Positions 1-11,967 of a stretch of 32,000 nucleotides of DNA are shown here, piece by piece. The DNA lies in contig NC_001263.1 in NCBI RefSeq assembly GCF_000008565.1, positions 371,865 through 403,864 on the forward strand, written 5' to 3'. The notes beneath the pieces are model-generated. The model did no database searches. It saw nothing but the letters and a program-made list of their open reading frames with translations, and was not told the origin of the DNA. The position numbers and the translations under genes are program-made. Origin of the DNA: Deinococcus radiodurans R1 = ATCC 13939 = DSM 20539. GTDB lineage: Bacteria; Deinococcota; Deinococci; Deinococcales; Deinococcaceae. How positions within the stretch are numbered: position 1 is the first letter of the stretch; every line of letters begins with the position of its first letter.

Positions 1-1256
<1,256 letters not shown>

Positions 1257-1271
1257 AGCCCTGGGCAAGGT

Positions 1272-1312
1272 GCGGGGGCGTGGGGTTGATGCCTGCGCCC
1301 CCGCTTTGTTTT
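1272..1312 (+). terminator. Rho-independent terminator after lysS
   Basis: Perfect 9-bp stem GCGGGGGCG (1272-1280) / CGCCCCCGC (1296-1304), followed by TTTGTTTT. Confidence 0.75.
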
Positions 1313-1387
1313 GGGCCGGAGCGGTGGCCCCTAAATCTACAGAACTGACGAAAGGGAGGGGAAGCGTCACCGCCTACACTGCGCGGT

Positions 1388-2608
<1,221 letters not shown>

Positions 2609-2617
2609 AGCAAACGC

Positions 2618-2640
2618 AAGGGGCCGCCGCGCCCCTTTCG
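2618..2640 (+). terminator. Terminator-like hairpin after cax
   Basis: 7-bp stem AAGGGGC (2618-2624) / GCCCCTT (2631-2637) with a 6-nt loop and a short T-run (TTT). Confidence 0.45.
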
Positions 2641-2642
2641 CC

Positions 2643-2671
2643 TTGACTCAAACTCTACATAACTAGAGAAT
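2643..2671 (+). promoter_or_regulatory. Candidate sigma70-type promoter giving a leaderless or near-leaderless padR mRNA
   Basis: TTGACT (2643-2648), 17-nt spacer, GAGAAT (2666-2671). The ATG at 2677 lies 6 nt after the -10 box. Leaderless transcripts are reported as common in Deinococcus. Pattern match only. Confidence 0.35.
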
Positions 2672-2676
2672 GGAGT

Positions 2677-2979
2677 ATGGCTCGCGTTCCCCACACCAGT
2701 CCGCACACCCGCGCCGTGCTGGCGGCGCTGCTCGCGGCGTATCCGGCGCACCGTTACGGGTACGATCTCAGCAAGCAGACGGAGCTCAAAAGCGGCACCC
2801 TCTACCCGATTTTGCAGCGCCTGCACGAGCAGGGGTATCTGGTCGCCGAGTGGGAGGCGTCACCGCACGCGGGCAAGCCGCCCCGGCATATCTACCGCCT
2901 GACTGAGGACGGGCTGCGACTGGCGCGCGAGCAGCGCGGAGAGAACCAACGGCTGAGGCTGAAGGGGGCACTGGCATGA
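2677..2979 (+). CDS. PadR-family winged-helix transcriptional regulator
   Basis: 100 aa. Typical PadR core: YGYDLSKQTELKSGTLYPILQRLHEQGYLVAEWE...PRHIYRLTEDG. Confidence 0.9.
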   Translation: MARVPHTSPHTRAVLAALLAAYPAHRYGYDLSKQTELKSGTLYPILQRLHEQGYLVAEWEASPHAGKPPRHIYRLTEDGLRLAREQRGENQRLRLKGALA

Positions 2980-3428
2980 AGCGTGACGAGTGGAGAGCAG
3001 CCAGGTTGAATGAGGCAGCGAACGTGCCGGATACGCAGTGGGCCACGGAGACGCGCCGGAGCCTCTGGTGGTGGGAGATGACTTTCAGCGCTCTGTACTT
3101 TGCTGCGCTGGCGGCGATTCAGGTTCTTTGCTTCGCCGTGCAGCCTCCCACGCAACTGTGGCTCGGCGTCATGCTCGTCGTGGTCGGCCTGGGTTTAAGC
3201 CTGGGGTTCGGCGGAAGGTCCCCCTTCACAGTAGGAGCGGCGTCCCTCGTTTATTTCCCTGCCGCGTGGCTGACGGTGGTGCTGTGGCAAGCACTGAGCT
3301 GGGGGCAGGTGCCCATGTCGCCAGGGGTGGACGACGCAGGCTTTTTCGTGCTGCCCGTGCTGGCGGCGAGCGCCGCTCTTGTGGGCGGGTTCCTGCGCGT
3401 CGCTGCCCAATGGGGCAAACGGTTTTAA
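2976..3428 (+). CDS. Hypothetical integral membrane protein, coupled to padR
   Basis: Its ATG overlaps the padR stop (ATGA at 2976-2979). 150 aa with about 4 hydrophobic segments (FSALYFAALAAIQVLCFAV, LWLGVMLVVVGLGLSLGF, and others). High GC3. Confidence 0.7.
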   Translation: MKRDEWRAARLNEAANVPDTQWATETRRSLWWWEMTFSALYFAALAAIQVLCFAVQPPTQLWLGVMLVVVGLGLSLGFGGRSPFTVGAASLVYFPAAWLTVVLWQALSWGQVPMSPGVDDAGFFVLPVLAASAALVGGFLRVAAQWGKRF

Positions 3429-3450
3429 CCCGACTGGCTACACTGTGCCC

Positions 3451-4011
3451 ATGACCGACGCTGCTCCCAAAGCGATGAGCGAGGCCGAGTATCTGCGGAC
3501 CGAGGCGCAGAGCCCCTACAAGCGCGAGTATGTGGGCGGCTTTGTCTATCCGCTACACGCTCAGGCGTGAGCGAGCGGAGCCCACGTGCGCGTCTGCATG
3601 AATATTGCCGGGAACCTGTATACCGACGCTATGAACCAGGGCTGCCGTCTCTATCAGTCCGACATGAAGCTCTATGTTCCGGGCAATTCTAGTTACTTCT
3701 ACCCGGACGTGATGCTGGTCTGCGGGGGCGAGCCCCACGACCGCTACTCTGAGACTTCACCCTGCCTGCTGGTGGAAGTCCTGTCAGGCAGCACCGCCGA
3801 CACTGACCGCCGCCATAAATACGCGGCCTACACAGGGATCGCCAGTCTTCAGACTTACCTGATCGTGTCGCAGTCCGAGCGGCATGTCGTGGAATACCGC
3901 CGGGCAGGCAACGGCTGGGAGATGCACGAGCACCGAGACGTGGGCGAAGTTTACGTCGCTTGCCTCGGGCGAACACTGACACTGGACGAGATCTACCGGG
4001 GCATGCTGTAA
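3451..4011 (+). pseudogene. Uma2 (DUF820) family putative endonuclease interrupted by an in-frame TGA at 3568-3570
   Basis: Track ORFs 3379..3570 and 3586..4011 are in the same frame. Joined, they read a full-length Uma2-like protein: MTDAAPKAMSEAEYLRTE...EYVGGFVYPLHAQA*ASGAHVRVCMNIAGNLY...YPDVMLVCG...LLVEVLSGSTADTDRRHKYAAYTGIASLQTYLIVSQSERHVVEYRR. A/T-ending codons are visibly enriched relative to neighbouring genes. Confidence 0.75.
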
Positions 4012-4015
4012 CTGC

Positions 4016-4050
4016 AAAAAGCCGGAGCTTCTGCGTTCCGGCTTCTTTTC
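4016..4050. terminator. Bidirectional rho-independent terminator between the Uma2 gene (+) and sdaAA (-)
   Basis: AAAAA, then stem GCCGGA (4021-4026), loop, stem TCCGGC (4037-4042), then TTCTTTT. It reads as hairpin plus T-run on both strands. Confidence 0.8.
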
Positions 4051-4082
4051 TCCATCAACCATCAACGGTCCACCATCGACAC

Positions 4083-4973
4083 TTACGCCAGTGGCAACTC
4101 CACCATGCCGCCGGGCAGCTCGCCCTCGCCTTTGCCCTCCATACGGGCGGTGACGGCGAGGCCCGTCGGCGTCTGCGCCAGCCCGCCTTCCGCCGTTTCG
4201 CGCAGGGCGGCGGGCATCAGGCGGCCCACCGAGGCCATCGCGCCGAGCACCTCGTCGGGCGGAATGAAACTTTCGAGTTGCGCCAGCGCCAGTTGCGCCG
4301 CACTGACGGCGTGGACGGCGAAAAAGGCGTTGCGGCTCACGCACGGCACCTCCACGTACCCGCCCACCGGGTCGCACACCAGCCCGATGGTGTTCATCAG
4401 CGCGAGGCTGGCGGCGTGGACGGCGGCGCGGGGCGTGCCTCCCAGCAGCTCGACCACCGCCGCCGCCGCCATCGCCGCGCTCGACCCGATTTCAGCCTGA
4501 CAGCCGCCCGCCGCGCCCGAGATGAACATGCGCTTGGAAATCGCCTTGCCCACGCCCGCCGCCAGAATCATCGGGTCCACGAGCTGCTCATCACTCAGGC
4601 CGAGGTGGTCGGCCACGCCCAGCAGCGCCCCCGGAATGGTGCCCGCGCTGCCCGCCGTCGGCGCGGCCACAATGCGGCCCATGCGGGCGTTTTCCTCGTT
4701 GACGGCCATCGCGTAGGCCTGCACCCGCTTGAGCAGCGGCGCCCCCAGCACGTCGGGCGCGTCCCACAGCCCCTTGGCGTTCCAGCCGACCATGCCGGTG
4801 ATGCTCCGCGCGTCGCTTTGCAGCCCGCGTTCCACACTCGAGCGCATTTCGCCGATGCGGCGCAGCATTTCGGCGCGGATGTCGGCGGGGTCGAGCCCGG
4901 TTTCGGCGCAGTCGCGTTCCAGCACCCAGCGCGAGGCTGGGGCGGGGGCGTTCATCAGTTCTTCGAGTGTCAT
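4083..4973 (-). CDS. sdaAA: L-serine ammonia-lyase (iron-sulfur dependent), alpha subunit
   Basis: [10 protein letters not shown]...[17 protein letters not shown]...[20 protein letters not shown]...[16 protein letters not shown] is typical of SdaAA. I chose ATG 4973, which is preceded by GGAG, rather than the track's 5042 start. Confidence 0.9.
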   Translation of the reverse strand: MTLEELMNAPAPASRWVLERDCAETGLDPADIRAEMLRRIGEMRSSVERGLQSDARSITGMVGWNAKGLWDAPDVLGAPLLKRVQAYAMAVNEENARMGRIVAAPTAGSAGTIPGALLGVADHLGLSDEQLVDPMILAAGVGKAISKRMFISGAAGGCQAEIGSSAAMAAAAVVELLGGTPRAAVHAASLALMNTIGLVCDPVGGYVEVPCVSRNAFFAVHAVSAAQLALAQLESFIPPDEVLGAMASVGRLMPAALRETAEGGLAQTPTGLAVTARMEGKGEGELPGGMVELPLA

Positions 4974-5109
4974 GGTCAGGCTCCTTCGGGCAGGGGGCGA
5001 ACGCGGCCAGTCTTGGCGCGGGGGAGATGTCGGTGAAGTCACTCTATTCCGCCGCCTCGCCGCTGACCTTGCCAGTACCCCGTCCGGTCAGGTGAGACGC
5101 CCACACGAC

Positions 5110-5132
5110 AAGAAACCCCCGACGGACGGGGA
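5110..5132 (-). terminator. Weak terminator-like hairpin after the TetR gene
   Basis: On the minus strand: CCCCG-TCCGT-CGGGG followed by GTTTCTTGT. Confidence 0.35.
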
Positions 5133-5153
5133 GCAGGCGCCGGGGAAGAGAAT

Positions 5154-5795
5154 TCAGTCCAGCCGAGGCGCCAGCCGTTCGATGACGGCTTCGAGGGCCA
5201 GCTGAAAAGCCGCCTCGCCCTCGACGAACTGATATTCGGGGTGCGGTGCCTGCCCGAACGTGGGCGCCATCTGCTGCCAGCCCACCGCGAGCGCGTAGCA
5301 GTGCACCAGAATCTGCTGGTTGATTTCTGGGGCATACGGCATAGCCGACACCGCCTGCTTGAGCAACTGCTGCGTTTCGCGGCGAAAGTTGGCCTCGACC
5401 TCGGGGGCGAGGTGGCTGCGCAGCACAGTGGTCAGCAGCAGCAGCAGCCGGCGCAGGTGACCCTGGTCGTGCAGGGCGTCGGTCAGGGTGGCCGCCATCT
5501 CACGGGGCGTCTGGGGCCGCTGGGCGCCGAGCAACTCACCGAAGCGCTGAAACCAGCCCTGCAGGTACTCGTGCAGCAGGGCCAGAAACAGCTCTTCTTT
5601 GGTGTCGAAGTACAGGTAGAGCGTGCCCTTGGCGAGCTTGGCTTCACGCGCCACCTGATTCATGCTCAGGTCGGCGTAGGGCGTCGAGAGCCACAGCCGC
5701 TCGGCAGACCGCAGAATATCGTCGCGGCGGCGGGTCTTTTCGAGTGCGCTGCGTGCACGGAGGGGACGGGAGGAAGCGACAGGCACAACGTGCAC
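5154..5795 (-). CDS. TetR/AcrR-family transcriptional regulator
   Basis: N-terminal HTH: RRRDDILRSAERLWLSTPYADLSMNQVAREAKLAKGTLYLYFDTKEELF. GTG start at 5795, with an alternative GTG at 5786. Confidence 0.9.
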   Translation of the reverse strand: MHVVPVASSRPLRARSALEKTRRRDDILRSAERLWLSTPYADLSMNQVAREAKLAKGTLYLYFDTKEELFLALLHEYLQGWFQRFGELLGAQRPQTPREMAATLTDALHDQGHLRRLLLLLTTVLRSHLAPEVEANFRRETQQLLKQAVSAMPYAPEINQQILVHCYALAVGWQQMAPTFGQAPHPEYQFVEGEAAFQLALEAVIERLAPRLD

Positions 5796-5838
5796 CCTAC
5801 ACGGCTGTTCGTCTTCTCAACGTGAAACCATTCACCTG

Positions 5839-5853
5839 CTGAGGGAACCTCAG
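5839..5853. promoter_or_regulatory. Perfect inverted repeat CTGAGG-GAA-CCTCAG upstream of the TetR gene (candidate operator)
   Basis: 6-bp arms with a 3-nt spacer, about 45 nt upstream of the TetR GTG. TetR regulators commonly autoregulate through palindromes. There is no further support. Confidence 0.25.
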
Positions 5854-6033
5854 GTCAGTAAAAGTTAGCAGAGGTCAGTCATGAGGGGGCGGCTCCGGCC
5901 ACTGCGCTCCCAGCGCCCCCCCCAGCCCGAACGTCCGGCGCTGATACGGATTCCGATTGGATCTGGCAGTTTCAGCTTCAATCCGAGCGGATGCGAGGAG
6001 GAAAAACTACGGGTCACGCGGTGTGGATGCACA

Positions 6034-6099
6034 GGCGGCACTCTCCCGGCGGCACTTTCCCGACTGTGCAGGAATGAACGGCTGTGCAGGAATGAAGCG
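6034..6099. repeat. Two adjacent tandem micro-duplications
   Basis: GGCGGCACT(C/T)T(C)CC occurs twice within 6034-6060. CTGTGCAGGAATGAA occurs twice, at 6064-6078 and 6082-6096, with an 18-nt period. Confidence 0.8.
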
Positions 6100-6266
6100 G
6101 ACTCCGTATTATGCGGCAAAAGCAGGCCGCCCGCCCCTACGTGAGTTCCCCGTCAAGTGCCCTTCACCCTTCTCAGCGCCCGGTGGGCAACTGTGGCCGG
6201 TGAAGCGCTCTGCCGGGGGCCATCCTCACCCGTGGGCGGCCCGGCCCGTGCGACACTAGGAGAAAC

Positions 6267-8807
6267 ATGCGACACCCCCTGACGTTTGCTGTGACCACCG
6301 TTCTGATCGCGTCCGCACCCGCGCTGGCCCAGCAGGCCGGCACCGTGCAGGACATCAGCGTGGTCGGAACCACCGACCTGCTGTCTGAATTTCTCAAGAC
6401 TACCCTGACCGTGCAGCCCGGCGCGGCGCTCTCGAGCGTCAACCTGCGTCAGGTCGAGCAGGAGGTGCTCGCCAGCGGGTACTTCAAGACGGCCACCGCC
6501 GAACTGCGGACCACGGGCGGGCGCGACACGCTGGTCGTCACTGTCACCGCCAACCCCGTCATCAAGGACGTGCAGGCGACGGGCCTGACCTTCCTGCCCG
6601 CCGACGCGTTCAAGCAGAGCGTGGCCGAGCTGCTCAACATCGCCCCCGGCGCGGTGCTCAACACCCAGCGTCTGGAACAGGCCAAGGAAGCTCTGGCACA
6701 GAACTACCGCCAGGAAGGCTTTCCCTTCGTGCCGAGCATCAGCGCCGACACCAAGACCAATAAAGACGGCACCGCCACCGTGACGTTCGTGGTGGACGAG
6801 TCCGCGCCGCTCAGCCGCATCGAGGTGACGGGCGCCACCCTGCTGCCCCAGGCGACGGTGCAAAACATCTTCCGGCCCCTGCAAACCAGCAAGCGCTTTA
6901 CCACCCAGGCGTTTTTTGCCGCCTCCGACGCGCTGCAAGCGGCCTACGAAGCGGCCGGGTACTTCCAGGCGGGCATCGACCCGCGCAGCGTCACGCTGGA
7001 AAACGGCGTGCTCAAGCTCAGCGTGATCGAAAGCCGCGTGGCGAGCGTGGACCTGTCGCCGCTCGGCACCCTCGCCCAGACCCCGGCACTGCAAACCAAG
7101 GCGGGCCAGCCGCTGCGGCTCGCGCAGTTGCAGGCCGACGTGCGCGCCCTCGCCAACCAGACCGGGCAGCCGGTGGGCTTCGCGCTGCAAGCCGACCCGC
7201 AAAACCCTTCGCAGGTCACGGTGCTGTTCGGCGCTGCCGACGTGGAAAGCGGCCCGGTCAAGAGCATCGCTTTTGTCGGCAACACCAAGGTGCCCACCGC
7301 CCAGCTTCAGGCCGCCATCAAGACCAAGCCGGGCGACGTGTACTCGCCCCAGCTCGCGCAGGACGACTTCATGGCGCTGCGCAACGTCTACCGCCAGGCC
7401 GGCTATGAAATCAGCACCCGCGACGCGATTACCTTCCAGAACGGCGTGCTGACCTACAACCTGCGCGAAGTGCGTCTCGCCGGCTACGAACTCGCCTGGC
7501 AAGGCCAGCACCGCACCAAGGACCGCGTGATTTTGCGCGAGCTGCCGGCGGCGGGTCAGACCTTCAACAGCAAGGACGTGCAGGCCGCGCTGGGTCGCGT
7601 CAGTGCGCTGGGCTACGTCACCATCAACGACGTGCGCGTCAAGAGCGACCCCCAGAACCCCGAGAACGTCACCTACGTGATTGCCCTGAGCGAAGGTCGC
7701 ACGGGCATCCCGGTCAACCTCAGCCTGGGCTACGACAGCTTGCAGGGCGGCTGGAGCGGCGACGTGGCGTACACCAACTCCAACGCCTTCGGTTTGGGCC
7801 ACAGCTTCGGCGTGCGGCTCGGCGCCGTGCAGAACCAGGCGGGGCAGAACTGGGTGGGCAGCCTGAACTACACCATCCCCTGGCTCGACCTCGACTTTGC
7901 CGACTTCCGCAAGAACCGCACTTCGCTCAGCTTCGGGGTGGGCAGCGACGTGGGCGGCAACATCGCCCTGCTCGACGCCAACAAGGAAGACACCGGGCGC
8001 GACTACACCACCCGCACCAACGGCTTTAGCCTGGGCCTGGGGCGCAACATCACCCCCAACCTGACGGCGAGCGCCAACGTGGCCTTCAACAACCGCACCA
8101 GCTACCTCGAACCCAAGCAGGAAGGTGAAACGAGCAACCTGGACGACGCAGCGGCCACCGCTCTGCTGCCCGCGACCAGCCTGACCACCCGCCTGAGCGG
8201 CAACCTGAACTACGACAACACCGACAACGTGAACTTCCCAGGTCGCGGCGTGCGGGCCTATGGCGCCCTGGGCTACAACGTGGGCCGCGCCGGCGACGCC
8301 CCGCTGAGCTGGACCGACGGCGAAATCGGTGTGAGCGGTTACTACGGCTTCGGTGGCCGCATCAAGCGCTCCTTCGGCCTGGAAACCTACAGGCAGGTGC
8401 TCGCCGCCCGTGCCAACACCGGCACGACCACTGGGACTTTCCCCGACGGCACCGGCTACTTCATCGGCGGCTCCAACCCGCTCGCCTCGCGCGAACTGCG
8501 CGGCCTGGAAGATGGGCAACTGTTCGGCACCAACTACTTCTCCTCCAGCCTGGAATACCGCTACGACTTCGGCCTCTCCGGCGGCGTGGCGCAGGGTCTG
8601 TACGGCGTGCTGTTCGCCGACTACGGCGGCGTCTGGAACAGCGGCGAAGCCTTCCGCAGCGCTTACGGCGTCGGCGCGGGCGTGCAGCTCAACCTCGGCT
8701 TCGGCGGCGCGCAGCTCCCCAGCCTGCGCTTCGACTACGGCTACAGCGGCCAGAACGCCCAGAAGCCCAACGGACGCTTCCACTTCCGCATCGGCAACTT
8801 CTGGTAA
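6267..8807 (+). CDS. bamA: Outer membrane protein assembly factor BamA (Omp85 family)
   Basis: AGGAGA Shine-Dalgarno before the ATG. Signal peptide [23 protein letters not shown]. Repeated POTRA-like units follow, then a C-terminal beta-barrel ending in the aromatic signature [10 protein letters not shown]. Confidence 0.92.
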   Translation: MRHPLTFAVTTVLIASAPALAQQAGTVQDISVVGTTDLLSEFLKTTLTVQPGAALSSVNLRQVEQEVLASGYFKTATAELRTTGGRDTLVVTVTANPVIKDVQATGLTFLPADAFKQSVAELLNIAPGAVLNTQRLEQAKEALAQNYRQEGFPFVPSISADTKTNKDGTATVTFVVDESAPLSRIEVTGATLLPQATVQNIFRPLQTSKRFTTQAFFAASDALQAAYEAAGYFQAGIDPRSVTLENGVLKLSVIESRVASVDLSPLGTLAQTPALQTKAGQPLRLAQLQADVRALANQTGQPVGFALQADPQNPSQVTVLFGAADVESGPVKSIAFVGNTKVPTAQLQAAIKTKPGDVYSPQLAQDDFMALRNVYRQAGYEISTRDAITFQNGVLTYNLREVRLAGYELAWQGQHRTKDRVILRELPAAGQTFNSKDVQAALGRVSALGYVTINDVRVKSDPQNPENVTYVIALSEGRTGIPVNLSLGYDSLQGGWSGDVAYTNSNAFGLGHSFGVRLGAVQNQAGQNWVGSLNYTIPWLDLDFADFRKNRTSLSFGVGSDVGGNIALLDANKEDTGRDYTTRTNGFSLGLGRNITPNLTASANVAFNNRTSYLEPKQEGETSNLDDAAATALLPATSLTTRLSGNLNYDNTDNVNFPGRGVRAYGALGYNVGRAGDAPLSWTDGEIGVSGYYGFGGRIKRSFGLETYRQVLAARANTGTTTGTFPDGTGYFIGGSNPLASRELRGLEDGQLFGTNYFSSSLEYRYDFGLSGGVAQGLYGVLFADYGGVWNSGEAFRSAYGVGAGVQLNLGFGGAQLPSLRFDYGYSGQNAQKPNGRFHFRIGNFW

Positions 8808-8835
8808 GCCTGACGGCGGGCAGGTAACACCCACA

Positions 8836-8870
8836 GGCAGGCGGCTCCCCAGCGGGCCGTCTGCTTTTTT
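8836..8870 (+). terminator. Rho-independent terminator after bamA
   Basis: Stem GCAGGCGGC (8837-8845) / GCCGTCTGC (8856-8864, one G-U pair), followed by TTTTTT. Confidence 0.8.
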
Positions 8871-9009
8871 CCAGTTCCCGCTTCTTCTTTGTTTCTCCCT
8901 GACGCTATCCTGCCGCACTGGCCCGTGACCTGTTCTGTCGCTGTGGCCGAGGAGGACGTATGACCGCTTCTGCTCCTGGCCTGGGCCGTCCGCCCTGACG
9001 CCGACCGTC

Positions 9010-9516
9010 TTGATCGTGCTGTACGCGCTGAGCATCCTGCTCGCCAACATCACGCTGAACAAGTTCATCCAGCTGCCGGTGTTCGGGCTGCTGAGCGTGG
9101 GCACCATCTTTTTCGCCGCCGTGTTTACCCTGCGCGACCGCATTCACCGCGCCGGGGGCGTGCCCGCCGTGCTCATCGCCATTGCCCTCGCGCTCGCGGT
9201 CAACACGGTGGCGGCGCTGCTGCTCGGGACGCCGCTGCGCTTTGTCGGGGCGTCGTTTCTGGCGATTCTGGTGGGCGAGCTGGCCGATACGGGCGTATAC
9301 CAGCGCCTGATTCACCGCAGCTGGTGGACCCGCGTGCTGGCGAGCAACGCTGTGAGCGTGCCGCTCGACTCGGTGCTCTTTACCCTGCTCGCCTTTTACG
9401 GCGACATGAGCAGCCGCGAGATCAGCGAGATTATCTTTGCCGACATTCTCGCCAAATACGCAATTGCCGCCCTGTTCGCCTTCCGGGTGCGCCGCAGTCA
9501 CTTGCAGGCCGCATGA
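9010..9516 (+). CDS. yhhQ: Queuosine-precursor (preQ0/preQ1) transporter, YhhQ/COG1738 (VUT) family; start uncertain
   Basis: 168-aa membrane protein with family-like features: LANITLNKFIQLP.FG...GTIFFAAVFTLRDRIH...GELADTGVYQRL...SNAVSVPLDSVLF. The TTG start has no Shine-Dalgarno. A strong SD plus ATG at 8960 lies in another frame (see findings). Confidence 0.75.
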   Translation: MIVLYALSILLANITLNKFIQLPVFGLLSVGTIFFAAVFTLRDRIHRAGGVPAVLIAIALALAVNTVAALLLGTPLRFVGASFLAILVGELADTGVYQRLIHRSWWTRVLASNAVSVPLDSVLFTLLAFYGDMSSREISEIIFADILAKYAIAALFAFRVRRSHLQAA

Positions 9517-9913
9517 CGGACAGTCTTAGCAGTGAAAACGCCCACCTGCTCGGCACCATCGCCAACGCCCGCCCCGCGCTCGACATGACGGTGGAGCACG
9601 TGCTGACGCTGCCCGAACTTTGCCCGGCGACCCAGAATCCGAAACCCGGCAGTACCCTCACCCTGAGCTACGCGGGCGGCGAGCGGCTGCTCGAACTGTT
9701 CAGCCTCGACACCTACGTGGACGCTTTCATCGGGCATCCGGTGGTGCGCGACATGGAATTTTTCGTGCAGACGGTGGCCGAGGACGCCGCTAATGCGCTC
9801 GGCTGCCCCGTCACCGCCAGGGCCGACGTGACCTACCACCGCCTGCGCCAGGGCCAACGCATCACTGTGCGGGCGTTGCCGACGGGCGCGGCGGACGCGG
9901 GTACACTGCCCGA

Positions 9914-9917
<4 letters not shown>
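9513..9917 (+). CDS. QueF-like T-fold protein (divergent 7-cyano-7-deazaguanine reductase homolog)
   Basis: Its ATG overlaps the yhhQ stop (ATGA at 9513-9516). 134 aa. PELCPATQNP...LTLSY...ELFSLDTYVDAF aligns by eye to the QueF-I pattern EFTSLCPKTGQPDF..I.Y...ESKSLKLYL.SF. The Cys is kept and the Lys residues of the QueF motif are absent. Confidence 0.6.
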
Positions 9918-10950
<1,033 letters not shown>

Positions 10951-10959
10951 AAGCAAAAC

Positions 10960-11000
10960 AAAAAGGCGGGGCCGAAGAGTTGATTCTCCGGCCCCGCTTG
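10960..11000 (-). terminator. Rho-independent terminator of the DUF4384 gene (hairpin shared with the tsaD 3' end)
   Basis: Stem GCGGGGCCG (10966-10974) / CGGCCCCGC (10989-10997). On the minus strand it is followed by TTTTTGTTTTGCTTTT. Confidence 0.8.
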
Positions 11001-11017
11001 CTCGGTTCAGCTCAGGT

Positions 11018-11860
11018 TTAGCGGTTGATGCGCACTTCGAACTGGCCGTTGACCAGACGGATGTACAGCTGCGCGGTGCCGTTGTTGCCGCGGTAGGTGG
11101 CGCTCAGTTCGTTGCCACGCTGGTTGCGGCTCACGAGGCGGTAGCCCTGGTCGGTCAGCTGGGTGTTGAAGTCCTGGTAGACCGTCACCACGTTGCTGCC
11201 GCTGGTGTAGGGGGTGTAGGAGCGCCACACGCGAACCTGGGTCCAGGGGTATGTGGGCTGCGCGGGGGCGCTCACGGGGCGCTGGGCGACGTTGTAGAAC
11301 GCGGTGGCCGAGTCCCAGCTGTTCTGGGGGATAGGCTGAGCGACGGGGTTGACCACGATGCTCAGCGCCTGGGCGAGCTGGCCCTGACCCTGGATGCCGG
11401 TCTGGAAGCTGCCCTGCTGGGTCTTGAACTGCGAGAGCTGCTCAATGTTCAGCGGGGTGCGGCTGGCGAGCGCGAGCACCTTGTTCAGGCCGTAGGGCGC
11501 GGCGATGTCGAAGGTGAAACCGGCGCCGGGGGCGGGGAAGACCTTGGTGGTGTTGGCCTTGACGTAGTTCGCGCCGCCCGCATAGCGGTTGGGCAGAATC
11601 ATGTCGACCTGGCCGTTGGGGTCTACGTTGAACAGGTAGACGTAGGCGTCCTGGTCCACGGTGGTCGAAATCTGGATGCGCTCACCGGGGAAGTAGCTGG
11701 GGGTGCGGGTGCCGCTGGTGTCCTTGTTGGTCCACACGCGCACGTTCACGTTGTTCTGCACCGGGTTGACGATGATGCTCTGGGCGCTGATAACGGGGGC
11801 GGCGCTGGCGGTCGCGGCGAGGGTGGCGGTCAGGGCGGTGAGGGTGAGGAGCTTTTTCAT
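11018..11860 (-). CDS. Secreted DUF4384-like protein
   Basis: Signal peptide MKKLLTLTALTATLAATASA. FPGERIQISTTVDQDAYVYLFNVDPNGQVDMILPN resembles the DUF4384 core; I recalled the family from memory. Confidence 0.7.
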   Translation of the reverse strand: MKKLLTLTALTATLAATASAAPVISAQSIIVNPVQNNVNVRVWTNKDTSGTRTPSYFPGERIQISTTVDQDAYVYLFNVDPNGQVDMILPNRYAGGANYVKANTTKVFPAPGAGFTFDIAAPYGLNKVLALASRTPLNIEQLSQFKTQQGSFQTGIQGQGQLAQALSIVVNPVAQPIPQNSWDSATAFYNVAQRPVSAPAQPTYPWTQVRVWRSYTPYTSGSNVVTVYQDFNTQLTDQGYRLVSRNQRGNELSATYRGNNGTAQLYIRLVNGQFEVRINR

Positions 11861-11931
11861 GCCCGTAGTTTGTGCCCTGCGGGTGACGTGAGCCTGACGC
11901 CCCGACTCAAGCCTCTGAGGAAAGTTCTCAC

Positions 11932-11965
11932 GGCACCTTCACTCCCCCGGATAGGGGGAGGTGCC
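11932..11965 (-). other. Stable GC hairpin directly after the DUF4259 gene stop (no U-tract)
   Basis: Inner stem CTCCCCC (11942-11948) / GGGGGAG (11954-11960). Outer stem GGCACC (11932-11937) / GGTGCC (11960-11965). Confidence 0.4.
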
Positions 11966-11967
11966 GG

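Noticed and set aside
3568-3570. TGA in the Uma2 gene as selenocysteine or programmed readthrough
   Set aside because: There is no SECIS-like hairpin immediately downstream, no redox-active context, and the family is not known to be selenoproteins. A nonsense mutation or sequencing error is simpler.
5865-6259. Three mutually overlapping 84-100-aa ORFs in the bamA upstream region
   Set aside because: They are Arg/Pro/Gly/Cys-rich translations with no SD. They overlap each other on both strands and are crossed by tandem micro-duplications that would not preserve a protein sensibly.
8871-9009. Possible preQ1 riboswitch in front of the yhhQ-like transporter
   Set aside because: I looked for the short hairpin plus A-rich tail of preQ1-I and for other class features. 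The region is C/T-rich with no A-rich tract or matching stem. This should still be scanned with Infernal/Rfam.
6153-9143. 996-aa ORF on the minus strand spanning the whole bamA region
   Set aside because: It is antisense to a gene with unambiguous signals: SD, signal peptide, POTRA repeats and a C-terminal barrel motif. Its translation is an Ala/Gly/Val/Arg-rich string with no motifs. This is a typical GC-driven shadow ORF.
9324-9512. N-terminal extension of the QueF-like ORF (track start at 9324)
   Set aside because: It would overlap the yhhQ coding sequence by 190 nt and encodes an Arg/Pro-rich stretch. The ATG at 9513, forming an ATGA overlap with the upstream stop, is the natural start.
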